A DNA stretch of 64,000 nt, taken from the NCBI GenBank assembly GCA_002269645.1, contig NIVC01001458.1, forward strand, positions 186,001 to 250,000, read 5' to 3'. The translations under genes were made by a program, and so were the position numbers. Origin of the DNA: Macrostomum lignano. Its lineage: Eukaryota. Positions 23,845-35,676 of the stretch are shown piece after piece. Below the pieces are notes generated by a model, which did no database searches, had not been told where the DNA came from, and saw nothing but the letters and a program-made list of their open reading frames with translations. The stretch's first letter is position 1. Every line of letters begins with the position of its first letter.

Positions 23845-24259
23845 GGTCACCTGGAGGCGGCCGAGGCATTCCGCCAAGAGGCCGCCGAACGCCTGCAACT
23901 TTTGCCGCCTCTTGACGGTCCACTGATCGAATCAGCAGCAGCCAATTCGGACGCGGCCGAGCTCTACCAGTTCCGGGTCAGCCTGCGCGAAGCAGTGCAG
24001 TCCGGCCGGCCGGCAGACGCTTTGAACGAACTGGCGGCGGCCAGGCCCGGCCTGCTGGCTGCCCGGCCTGAGCTGGCCTTCCGGCTCCGTCTGCAGCAGC
24101 TGCTGGAGCTGGTGCGGGCCGGTTGCGTTGCCGAGGCGTTGGAACTGTCTCAGGCTGAGCTGGCGCCTCTGGTGGCCGATAGGCCGCACCTGTTGCCAGA
24201 TCTAGAAGAGTGCATGGCTCTGCTGGCGTTTGAACGGCCAATGCAATCGGCCGCTTTTG
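23845..24259 (+). CDS. GID8: GID8-like exon 2 (LisH end, CTLH, start of CRA)
   Basis: Acceptor ttattgcag, GHLEAAEAFRQE...FRLRLQQLLELVR...LEECMALLAF; donor GTAAGC at 24260, phase 1. Confidence 0.88.
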
Positions 24260-24424
24260 GTAAGCAATGAGGAATTTTTTGAACTCTAACATTCGGATCC
24301 CTCATTTTGCAATCGGATTTCCTGTCATCAATTGCCTTAACTGTCCTTTTACACCCAAAACCTTAGCATTAGAATCCCGTTGATGTTATCCTCAAGATTT
24401 TTCTACCCTAGGAATCCCCCTGCT

Positions 24425-25300
24425 TATCTCCCAGAATTCCCTCAGTTTATTATCTCCCATAATTTCCCTCAGTTTATTATCTCCCATAATTTCCCTCAGT
24501 TTATTATCTCCCATAATTTCCCTCTGTTTATTATCTCCCATAATTTCCCTCAGTTTATTATCTCCCATAATTTCCCTCAGTTTATTATCTCCCATAATTT
24601 CCCCAATTTTATTATCTCCCATAATTTCCCCAAGTTTATTATCTCCCATAATTTCCCTCTGTTTATTATCTCCCATAATTTCCCTCAGTTTATTATCTCC
24701 CATAATTTCCCTCAGTTTATTATCTCCCATAATTTCCCTCAGTTTATTATCTCCCATAATTTCCCCAATTTTATTATCTCCCATAATTTCCCCAAGTTTA
24801 TTATCTCCCATAATTTCCCTCTGTTTATTATCTCCCATAATTTCCCTCAGTTTATTATCTCCTATAATTTCCCTCTGTTTATTATCTCCCATAATTTCCC
24901 CAAGTTTATTATCTCCCATAATTTCCCTCTGTTTATTATCTCCCATAATTTCCCTCAGTTTATTATCTCCTATAATTCCCTCCTCCCTGTTTATCATCTC
25001 CCAGAATTCCGTCAGTTTATTATCTCCCATAATTTCCCTCAGTTTATTATCTCCCATAATTTCCCTCAGTTTATTATCTCCCATAATTTCCCTCAGTTTA
25101 TTATCTCCCATAATTTCCCTCAGTTTATTATCTCCCATAATTTCCCTCAGTTTATTATCTCCCATAATTTCCCCAAGTTTATTATCTCCCATAATTTCCC
25201 TCTGTTTATTATCTCCCATAATTTCCCTCAGTTTATTATCTCCCATAATTTCCCTGTTTATCATCTCCCATAATTCCCTCCTCCCTGTTTATCGTCTCCC
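24425..25300. repeat. 27-bp minisatellite (tttattatctcccataatttccctcag) in GID8 intron 2
   Basis: 9-aa ORF periodicity FIISHNFPQ equals 27 bp. Confidence 0.96.
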
Positions 25301-25670
25301 AGAATTCCGTCAGTTTAGTGCTCGTATCTCCTAATTCTTCCCAGTTAATCATCTCCCAGAATTTTCCCAGTTTGATATCTCCCAGAATCACCCAGTTTAG
25401 CCCTTTAGTTTATCCTTCATAATCCACCCAGTTTATGCCCATAGTTCTCTCAGGTTATTTCCACAATCCCCCCGTTGAATCTATAGATTTTAGTTTTAGA
25501 ACCGCAACTCTATCACCCGAGTCGCCACAATTTTGTTGCTTTAAGAAAGAATCGTACCTTGTTGGCCATTGTCACTTAGCGAGTCAAATTAGAGTCGCAG
25601 TACACGCGCACACCTGACTGACCTACATCTGCTTGAGTATCTATACAAGTGCAGTGTTGCTTTATTCAAG

Positions 25671-25912
25671 GCTCCTGGCTGAGCATCGGGCAGCGCCGCC
25701 TGCTGGCCTGCGAGCTGAACGCGGCCCTGCTAGACGATGAGGCCAGTGACCAGCAAGCTAATGGTGTGGGCAATGATGCTACTCATAGTAGTAAGCTAGA
25801 CTATCTACTAAAGCTGGTGCTGTGGTCGCAGGATCAGCTGGCCACAGCTAAAGTGCGCGGATTTCCACGCCTATCAGCCGATTCGCTTGGCGAGGCGGCT
25901 TTTCAGGACTGA
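25671..25912 (+). CDS. GID8: GID8-like exon 3 (CRA domain, stop); total CDS 1020 nt, 339 aa
   Basis: Acceptor ttattcaag at 25670; QRRLLACELNAALL...KLDYLLKLVLWSQDQL matches GID8 QRQKVWSEVNQAVL...KLAKLLKLLLWAQNEL. Confidence 0.88.
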
Positions 25913-26056
25913 TTCAAACTCAAACTTTATTAGGACGGGAAAATGTCGTTTCTTGGAAATAATCCTAGAAAGAGCGATGAAGAACGTTTCCTGTCCTATT
26001 TAAATCGTCATTGTTTGTTTAAACAATTTTTTCCGAGTCCTTTTCTTATATTTAAC

Positions 26057-26501
26057 CACAGATACTAAAGTGACTGGATGGGCCATTCAGGCATATATTT
26101 AGCAAAACAGCTTTCTACTTTCAGTTCAGTAGCAAAGAAGAATATATAAGCTATTTTATAAAAAAAGGCTTAAAATCCCAGGTTTAGAAGCCCAAGCTTT
26201 CAGGCGTAAACCATAGATCTTATATGATCTTTGCGTAAACAACTTGCTAATTGGGTCAGCAGTAATGTACATTAGCCAGTCCACTGAAATGTACACGGCA
26301 GCTTTAGGCTGGAATTCCGAGATAGGCAATAAAAATTGGGGCGGGGCAGCCGGTTGGAGGGAGGGTTTAAGTTTAAGCTTGGGGGCGGTTAAGAGCCAAT
26401 AAATGAGCTTTGGCTTTAAAATACATTAAAATGCTTCTGTTTAATTTACTACTGAACTGAAAGTAGCTTACACGCAAATGTGCTGTTATATAGTATCTGT
26501 G
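26057..26501 (-). mobile_element. MITE family A copy 2 (TIR CACAGATACTA, perfect 8-bp TSD TATTTAAC), inverted relative to copy 1
   Basis: Identical flanks at 26049-26056 and 26502-26509; reverse complement aligns with 23272-23703. Confidence 0.9.
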
Positions 26502-26971
26502 TATTTAACTGATATGAGCCTACTTAATAGTAGGCAGTTGCAGACATGGCTACGTGCGAGTAGATTTTCTTGAGCGAGGAGGATATTGTATAGTTTATTT
26601 ATTTTTATTATTAATTATATAAGGTACTAAATCAGTGGCTCTGTATCTAACTGTACGAATAACCCTGTTCCATAAAACGTTTCCTTATGTTAAAACCACT
26701 CTGAAAGTTTCACTGAAATCCACGACGATTTATTTGTAATTTAATCAGAAGATCAATTCCTGTAAGAGTTAGCTCGTAAATCAACTGTGCCACTTGCACG
26801 CGGGCCTATTAAATACGTGTCGTACTTTCCAGCAGAAAGTAATTAAACAATCTTAAATTTGACCTTTTAAATTATACTAGTGATACTTGCGCCACACTAT
26901 ATTGAATTGTGCTTTAAAATCGAAATACTAATCTACTGACTATGATTCTTTTTATTACTTTTTTATTATTC

Positions 26972-27485
26972 TGAGGGAACTGATGCAGTGGACAATTGGG
27001 AGCTGATGCAGTGGACAATGGGGAACTGATGCAATGGACAATTGGGAGCTGATGCAATGGACAATTGGGAGCTGATGCAATGGACAATTGGGAGCTGATG
27101 CAATGGACAATTGGGAGCTGATGCAGTGGACAATGGGGAACTGATGCAGTGGACAATGGGGAACTGATGCAGTGGACAATTGGGAGCTGATGCAATGGAC
27201 AATTGGGAGCTGATGCAGTGGACAATGGGGAACTGATGCAGTGGACAATGGGGAACTGATGCAGTGGACAATGGACAATGGACAATGCAATGGGGAACTG
27301 ATGCAGTGGACAATGGACAATGCAATGGGGAACTGATGCAGTGGACAATGGGGAACTGATGCAGTGGACAATGGACAATTGGGAACTGGTGCAGTGGACA
27401 ATGGGGAACTGGTGCAGTGGACAATGGGGAACTGGTGCAGTGGACAATGGGGAACTGATGCAGTGGACAATGGGGAACTGATGCA
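26972..27485. repeat. 23-bp minisatellite (gatgcagtggacaatggggaact)
   Basis: gatgc at 27005, 27028, 27051. Confidence 0.94.
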
Positions 27486-28117
27486 TGAAACTGAAGGAAA
27501 TGAGTGCAAGCAGTCCTGTCGAAAACAATTAGAACTTTTAAATGGCTGATTTAAGCCGCACTGCAAACTGTTTTTATTCGACAGAATTTGTCAATCTGTT
27601 AAAAAGTTGCGAGCTTATAACGAAACTAATCAAAATGATCAGAAAAAATAGTTAAAGAGAAAAAGTTGACCAGTTCATTTTAAAGCCGCGCGAGAAATCA
27701 AATTGTCTGCCAATGTCGACCTACCGAATCTAACAATGTACATTTTTGCACATTCATCACTACTGGTACATGTTAAGCTGTTGCAAACAAAGTGCGCGCA
27801 ACTATATAAAAATTGAACAGTGCCCAAGGCGCTTTGAATTTCACTGGCGCGGTTCGCTAGCCCTGAAGCGAGGTCAATACCAGCAGTTAGTAATATAAAA
27901 TGAAAACAAAAAATCCGTACTACAACTGGGTGAATTAACTGGAAAATAAAGATAATAACAGAAAACCCCCCTTAAAAATAGGGAATGATAAGCAGTGCTC
28001 AGCTATCGCAATTAACAACATGAATAATAACAGCAGAAGATGTACTAAGCGAAAGCAACAAAAAAGAATTCTTTAAAAAGTCAAAAGGAAATTTAATTCG
28101 AACAAACGGCCTGGTAG

Positions 28118-28745
28118 CGAGTTCCCTGATCCCACAGTGAGTTCCCTGATCCCACAGTGAGCCCTCTGATCCCACAGTGAGTCCTCTGATCCCACAGTGA
28201 GTTTTCTGATCCCACAGTGAGCCCTCTGATCCCACAGTGAGACCTCTGATCCCACAGTGCGTCTTCTGATCCCACAGTGAGTCCTCTGATCCCACAGTGA
28301 GTTCCCTGATCCCACAGTGAGCCCTCTGATCCCACAGTGAGTCCTCTGATCCCACAGTGAGTTTTCTGATCCCACAGTGAGCCCTCTGATCCCACAGTGA
28401 GCCCTCTGATCCCACAGTGAGTTCCCTGATCCCACAGTGAGCCCTCTGATCCCACAGCGAGTCCTCTGATCCCACAGTGAGTTTTCTGATCCCACAGTGA
28501 GCCCTCTGATCCCACAGTGAGTCCTCTGATCCCACAGTGAGTTCTCTGATCCCACAGTGAGTTCTCTGATCCCACAGTGAGCCCTCTGATCCCACAGTGA
28601 GTTCCCTGATCTCACAGTGAGCCCTCTGATCCCACAGTGAGTTCTCTGATCCCACAGTGAGTTCCCTGATCCCACAGTGAGCCCTCTGATCCCACAGTGA
28701 GTTCCCTGATCCCACAGTGAGTTCTCTGATTCCACAGTGAGTCCT
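28118..28745. repeat. 20-bp minisatellite (ctctgatcccacagtgagNN)
   Basis: Period 20 visible as column alignment. Confidence 0.96.
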
Positions 28746-29384
28746 CTTGACTGCACCGCGAGTCCTTCGATCCCAGGCTAACTTCCCACAAACTGCAACA
28801 CAACACAAATTAGCTGGGTATATCGCTGAGCATAGGAGAGAGAAAAGAGGTATGCATATATAAGGAATATTCGACAGCGTGCAATCGGAATTACGAGCGC
28901 AGCAGAGCGCATGCGGATTATAAAGCAAGCTAAAAATGTTAATAAAACGGCAAAGCAACTGTGTAAAAAAAGAACTTTTTTTCATTACAGACAAATAGAT
29001 TCTGGGGAAAGTGTGCAAGGGAATAATAATAATAATAATAGTAAATAGGATAAAAGTTGACACGAACAGGACAACAAGGAATATTAATAAACAAGTGGAA
29101 CAGTTAACACGTGAGCAGCATATACATTATATACATATATGGTTATCAGAAAGTTGCAAAACTCAAAATCAACACCTGAACAAATTTATAAAAATAGTAA
29201 AATCTGTACGAAATAACAGCACGGAGTGAGCAACAGCAGCGGCAGCAGTTTTTATTCACTCCCATGTAGCAGGTATGTATTAAACAGGAATGAAGCCTTT
29301 CTGTACAAACTACTCACACATAGAAAGTAGCAATTAGTAGTAGGGAAAGCTTTTTGAATCTATTTTTAAGGTTCACACGGCCCA

Positions 29385-29812
29385 AGCCATTCAGATTTTA
29401 GCTCCAAGGTCAAATCAACCCAACTCCCCAAGGACCAGCCAATGGGATTTAAGCTTCAAGGTCAAATCAACCCACCTCCCAAGGGCCAGCCAATCAGATT
29501 TTAGCTCCAAGGTCAAATCAACTCACCTCCCCAAGGACCAGCCAATGGGATTTAAGCTTCAAGGTGAAATCAACCCACCTCCCAAGGGCCAGCCAATCAG
29601 ATTTTAGCTCCAAGGTCAAATCAACTCACCTTCCCAAGGGCCAGCCAATCAGATTTTAGCTCCAAGGTCAAATCAACTCACCTTCCCAAGGGCCAGCCAA
29701 TCAGATTTTAGCTCCTAGGTCAAATCAACCCACCTCCCCAAGGGCCAGCCAAACAGATCTTAGCTCCAAGGTCAAATCAACCCACCTTTCCAAGGGCCAG
29801 CCAATCAGATTC
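29385..29812. repeat. ~51-52-bp minisatellite (cagattttagctccaaggtcaaatcaacccacctccccaagggccagccaat), probably in the InR 3' UTR
   Basis: About 8 units; lies between the InR stop (30001) and a minus-strand AATAAA at 29256-29251. Confidence 0.9.
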
Positions 29813-30000
29813 AAAAAGCATTCCTCCGCGTACTAATTAGCAGCAACAGAATAAGAAAAATTAGCTTTAATTCTTTTAACAATAGGACGTAAAAGTTCGA
29901 ATAGATCAATAAAAAAGCCAATAAAAACGGGGCTTGACGCCTCGAGTTTTGTTATAACAGACGGGAGCTCAGAAATTCAACAATAAAAAACGAGGGGACC

Positions 30001-30593
30001 TCAGGCCCGCAGAGGCACGTAGGGATTGGGCACCGACTGCTGGCCCAGCATGGGGATCTCCTCCGGCGGCTTCAGCGGGCCGTCCTGATGCTCAGGCGGC
30101 TGCTGCTGCTCCTGTTGAGCCTGCTGGCTAAGCCGCTTGCCGTTCCGTTCTGGCAGGGTAACGGACACGGCCGAGTCTCCCTGAGAGCTCAAGCTGCCAT
30201 TGTGAAACCAGCTCTGCCGCCTGAACGCATCGATCAGCTCAGGCATTTCGTCAAGCATGATTAGGATGTCGCGGAAGCTGGCTCGGGATCGCGGCTTCTG
30301 AGCCCAGCAGTGCGCCATGAGCTCAGATAGGAAGGCCGGGCAATCCTCAGGCGGCTGCAGAGTCTTGCCAGATTTCACCATATTGACAACTTCTTCGTTG
30401 CTTCGACTATTGAATGGCTGATGTGCCAGGGTGGCGATTTCCCACAGCACAACGCCGTAGGACCACACGTCCGTGGCCGTGGTGAACACACCGTCGCGTA
30501 GGGACTCCGGCGCCATCCAGCGGACTGGCAGAGGCGCCTGGCCCTCCTTTTTGTAATAGTCCGAGTAGTAGACATCCCGGGTCATGCCGAAGT
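30001..30593 (-). CDS. InR: Insulin/IGF receptor, last exon: kinase C-lobe and tail
   Basis: Acceptor ccccgcag at 30594; (KIG)DFGMTRDVYYSDYYKKEGQAPLPVRWMAPESLRDGVFTT...DVWSYGVVLWEIATL; stop at 30003-30001. Confidence 0.93.
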
Positions 30594-30824
30594 CTGCGGG
30601 GTTCAGCGTCGGGGAGACAGCTTCTGTGTGGGTGTCTTGGAGGCATCTCGACATAGATGTCGCAAGGACAACCATGTCTTTGCGACATCGTCCCACAGCC
30701 AGCGCTGACAGCAATGCTGCACATTCCGCTGACTTCTGAGCACATGCAAGCGCCAATACTGTACTCAGGCAGTCACTGATACACTCGCTCACAGGGTACA
30801 GTCTTGGAGGCATGGAGTATTGGA

Positions 30825-31487
30825 TCATCAAGTGTCTCTCAGAGGGTGCAGTCATCAAGTGTCTCAGAGGGTGCAGTCATCAAGTGTCTCAGAGGGTGCA
30901 GTCATCAAGTGTCTCAGAGGGTGCAGTCATCAAGTATCTCAGAGGGTGCAGTCATCAAGTATCTCAGAGGGTGCAGTCATCAAGTGTCTCAGAGGGTGCA
31001 GTCATTAAGTGTCTCAGAGGGTGCAGTCATCAAGTGTCTCAGAGGGTGCAGTCATCAAGTGTCTCAGAGGGTGCAGTCATCAAGTGTCTCAGAGGGTGCA
31101 GTCATCAAGTGTCTCAGAGGGTGCAGTCATCAAGTGTCTCAGAGGGTGCAGTCATCAAGTATCTCAGAGGGTGCAGTCATCAAGTGTCTCAGAGGGTGCA
31201 GTCATCAAGTGTCTCAGAGGGTGCAGTCATCAAGTATCTCAGAGGGTGCAGTCATCAAGTATCTCAGAGGGTGCAGTCATCAAGTATCTCAGAGGGTGCA
31301 GTCATCAAGTGTCTCAGAGGGTGCAGTCATCAAGTGTCTCAGAGGGTGCAGTCATCAAGTATCTCAGAGGGTGCAGTCATCAAGTATCTCAGAGGGTGCA
31401 GTCATCAAGTATCTCAGAGGGTGCAGTCATCAAGTATCTCAGAGGGTGCAGTCATCAAGTATCTCAGAGGGTGCAATCATCAAGTTT
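30825..31487. repeat. 25-bp minisatellite (tctcagagggtgcagtcatcaagtg), InR intron
   Basis: Period 25 (30841 to 30866). Confidence 0.96.
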
Positions 31488-31496
31488 TAAACGCAC

Positions 31497-31989
31497 CGCC
31501 AATCTTGACGCAGTAGTCTGCCGTAACCATGCAGTTCCTGGCCGCCAGGTCCCTGTGCACATACTTCTTCGTCTCCAGGTAGAACATGCCGTCGGAGATC
31601 TGGGCGCACCACAGCACCAGCCGGTTGCGATCGTACATTGGCCGGCTGATCGGGTCGTCCGAGTCCGGTCGCATCTGGCGTAGGCAGGTCTTCAGGTCGC
31701 CGTTCTCCATCAGCTCCATCAGCACTAGAATCGGCACATTCTCCGACACAACGCCAATTAGGCGGACAACGTTGGCGCATTGGCGGAACTTTTTCATATG
31801 CGTGGCCTCTTGAAGAAACTCGTGCCGTTCGCGCATCGTCGCCTTCTCGTTGACGTTCTTGACGGCTACGGGCACGTCCTCCCGGCTGGGCAGGAAGGGC
31901 GCCGCCGGGGTGCTGAGCGAGCGGACCAAGCCGCGGTACACCCGGCCGAAGGACCCCGTGCCCAGAATGTCCGACTCGCTGTAGGTCAC
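31497..31989 (-). CDS. InR: InR exon: kinase N-lobe and catalytic loop
   Basis: LGTGSFGRVY, VAVK, FLQEA, VHRDLAARN; phase 0 acceptor at 31990, phase 1 donor GTGCGT at 31496. Confidence 0.95.
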
Positions 31990-32004
31990 CTGCGGTTGAT
32001 GGGA

Positions 32005-32770
32005 TGCGATTGGGGATCAGCCACTGATGGGATTAGGGATCAGCCACTGATGAGTTGGGGATTGGGGATCAGCCACTGATGAGTTGGGGATTGGGGATCA
32101 GCCACTGATTAGGAATCGGGGATTGGGGATCAGCCACTGATTGGGATCGGGGATTGAGGATCAGCCACTGATGGGATTGGGGATTGGGGATTAGCCACTG
32201 ATGGAATTGGGGATTGGGGATCAGTCACTGATTGGGATTGGGGATTGGGGATCAGCCACTGATGGGACTGGGGACTGGGGATCAGCCACTGATGGGATTG
32301 GGGATTGGGGATCAGCCACTGATTGGGATCGGGGATTGGGGATCCGCCACTGATGCGATTGGGAATCAGCCACTGATGGGATTGGGGATTGGGGATCCGC
32401 CACTGATGCGATTGGGAATCAGCCACTGATTGGGATCGGGGATTGGGGATCCGCCACTGATGCGATTGGGAATCAGCCACTGATGGGATTGGGAATCAGC
32501 CACTGATGGGATTGGGAATCAGCCACTGATGGGATTGGGAATCAGCCACTGATTGGGATCGGGGATTGGGGATCCGCCACTGATGCGATTGGGAATCAGC
32601 CACTGATTGGGATCGGGGATTGGGGATCCGCCACTGATGCGATTGGGAATCAGCACTGATGGGATTGGGGATTAGCCACTGATTGGGATCGGGGATTGGG
32701 GATCAGCCACTGATGCGATTGGGAATCAGACAATGATAGATTGGGGATCAGCCACTAATGAGATAGCTAC
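32005..32770. repeat. Variable-length G-run minisatellite (ggggatcagccactgatgggattgg), InR intron
   Basis: Direct reading. Confidence 0.92.
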
Positions 32771-33402
32771 TGTAGAGGATAACCCACTAATTGATCTAAT
32801 CTATTTGATAACAATGACAACAGTCCCCAGACTTCTGAGCAGAAAACTCTCTCTTTAAGTTTCGCCGCGGCTGCTAAATGAAATGGCCAGCGAGGAGGAA
32901 AACTCGCAACCTAGCAAAGGACTATAAAAGGCGTCTGCGGATAAACAGGGGGAAGCGACTGACTGACTGACTGACTAGTTTCCCGTCATTAGATTTTGCA
33001 AATTGTAGGACAGCGGATGAGCGTGACAATTAGCTCAAAGGAAGATGAATAATAAAGAAAATGCTGATTTTCTAGGGACCCTGGGACCCCTGACTCTACC
33101 CTGCAGAGATAAGGCAAAGTAGCAGATGTGCACAATTAGAGGGGGGAGAGTTCCAGTTCAAGCAGAGCTGCATAAATATTACTTGAACAGCAAAGCGGAC
33201 ACGGCCTACTGCCCATCAGCGAGGGCGCCCATCGAACTGTGGCATTCAGTCAGTAAGTGGCTCATTATAATTAAATGCTGATACGATGTAATTAATGCCG
33301 AACCAAGCATACAGAATAGGCAAAGCAATGTGTAATTACCTAAAGTGCAATGGCGCAGCAGATAAGGATTGCTACTGAGGATTGCGCTTAAATAGGTAGA
33401 AC

Positions 33403-34824
33403 ACTGAGGATCTGGGAGGCTGGCCCAGCAACTGACACTCTGGGAGGGTGATCCAGCAACTGAGGATCTGGGAGGCTGGCCCAGCAACTGACACTCTGGG
33501 AGGCTGGCCTCAGCAACTGAGGATCTGGGAGGCTGGCCCAGCAACTGAGGATCTGGGAGGCTGGCCCAGCAACTGAGGATCTGGGAGGCTGGCCCAGCAA
33601 CTGGGGATCAGGGAGGCTGGCCCAGCAACTGACACTCTGGGAGGCTGGCTCAGCAACTGAGGATCTGGGAGGCTGGCCCAGCAACTGAGGATCTGGGAGG
33701 CTGGCCCAGCAACTGAGGATCAGGGAGGCTGGCCCAGCAACTGACACTCTGGGAGGCTGGCTCAGCAACTGAGGATCTGGGAGGCTGGCCCAGCAACTGA
33801 GGATCTGGGAAGCTGGCTCAGCAACTGAGGATCTGGGAGGCTGGCCCAGCAACTGAGGATCTGGGAGGCTGGCCCAGCAACTGAGGATCTGGGAGGCTGG
33901 CCCAGCAACTGAGGATCTGGGAGGCTGGCCCAGCAACTGAGGATCTGGGAGGCTGGCCCAGCATCTGAGGATCTGGGAGGCTGGCCCAGCAACTGAGGAT
34001 CTGGGAGGCTGGCTCAGCAACTGAGGATCTGGGAGGCTGGCCCAGCAACTGAGGATCTGGGAAGCTGGCTCAGCAACTGAGGATCTGGGAGGCTGGCCCA
34101 GCAACTGAGGATCTGGGAGGCTGGCTCAGCAACTGAGGATCTGGGAGGCTGGCCCAGCAACTGAGGATCAGGGAGGCTGGCCCAGCAACTGACACTCTGG
34201 GAGGCTGGCTCAGCAACTGAGGATCTGGGAGGCTGGCCCAGCAACTGAGGATCTGGGAAGCTGGCTCAGCAACTGAGGATCTGGGAGGCTGGCCCAGCAA
34301 CTGAGGATCTGGGAGGCTGGCCCAGCAACTGAGGATCTGGGAGGCTGGCCCAGCAACTGAGGATCTGGGAGGCTGGCCCAGCAACTGAGGATCTGGGAGG
34401 CTGGCTCAGCAACTGAGGATCTGGGAGGCTGGCCCAGAAACTGAGGATCTGGGAAGCTGGCTCAGCAACTGAGGATCTGGGAGGCTGGCCCAGCAACTGA
34501 GGATCTGGGAGGCTGGCTCAGCAACTGACACTCTGGGAGGCTGGCTCAGCAACTGAGGATCTGGGAGGCTGGCTCAGCAACTGACACTCTGGGAGGCTGG
34601 CTCAGCAACTGAGGATCTGGGAGGCTGGCTCAGCAACTGAGGATCTGGGAGGCTGGCCCAGCAACTGAGGATCTGGGAGGCTGGCCCAGCAACTGAGGAT
34701 CTGGGAGGCTGGCTCAGCAACTGACACTCTGGGAGGCTGGCTCAGCAACTGACACTCTGGGAGGCTGGCTCAGCAACTGAGGATCTGGGAGGCTGGCTCA
34801 GCAACTGAGGATCTGGGAGGCTGG
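33403..34824. repeat. 28-bp minisatellite (same family as 5125-5790), InR intron
   Basis: Same consensus and same ctgacactctgggagg variant. Confidence 0.96.
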
Positions 34825-34882
34825 CGGTGGCCCAGCCAAAGGCTCCGAGACACCAAAGCCGCAAAGCCCCGTTGCTGCTCAC

Positions 34883-35294
34883 CTGATCCCTGGGCACCTC
34901 CCACTCGTCCGGCGCATACGTGTAGCTCCAGTAGTCGGGGTTCTCGGTGACCACAGTCTTCCGCGATCCCCGCTGCCTGCACGCCAGCCAGCCCAGCAGC
35001 ACGCAGGTCAGCAGCACGGCCATGGCCCCGGCCAGGCCAAGGATGGTGGCCATCTCGGTGGTGGCCCGGCCTGACACTTCGGTGGAGGCCACAGGCGACC
35101 AGCTGCCGTGGCCCTGGGAGGTGACGGCGCGCACCTGGAACTGGTAAGTTCCCTGTGGCAGGTCTCTGAGCATGACGCCGCCAATGCCAGACAGGGCGAA
35201 CGAGGGATCGTCTGAGGAGCCACTGGCGCCGCCTTTGACACCGTTGCGAACTGCCGGCTCGTTGACTGTGCCGACACCGGCGCTGCTGTTTGCA
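34883..35294 (-). CDS. InR: InR exon: end of FnIII-3, transmembrane helix, juxtamembrane NPxY
   Basis: LRDLPQGTYQFQVRAVTSQGHGSWS, ILGLAGAMAVLLTCVLLGWLAC, ENPDY, DEWEVPRDQ; phase 2 acceptor at 35295, phase 0 donor GTGAGC at 34882. Confidence 0.92.
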
Positions 35295-35676
35295 CTGCGT
35301 TGGGGGATTAATTAAGCATTAAGGATTTGGCATGACAAATAAAGGAGAGTGCATAGCCAGAACGGAGACAAATTGAATTGGTCAAAACGCTAAGAAACGG
35401 TAGAGTAGGAGAGCGGGAAGGGAGATAATGAAGGAATAGAGAGGTGAGGGAACAGGAGAGAGAGAGAGAGAAGAGAGGTCACGGCGTGTTAAATTAAATC
35501 CAGGTATTGAATATGGGAGCGTAAAAATCGATATTTGTAAGTACAATCAAGAAGTTTGAATAAAACTGAATAAAACGACAATGTGAATAAATATTGAAGT
35601 TCTATAGGTAAAATAAGCGCATTGGTTAGAACGATTCAGTGGTTTCCTGGCTGAGACTTAAACTTATTGGAGCCAG

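Noticed and set aside
30594-30858. N-terminal part of the 285-aa ORF 30001-30858
   Set aside because: Intron sequence (dispersed repeat plus minisatellite) in frame by chance; kinase homology starts at the acceptor at 30593.
32915-32990. TATA-like CTATAAAAG followed by (GACT)n inside an InR intron
   Set aside because: Isolated motif with no downstream ORF or splice structure to support an antisense promoter.
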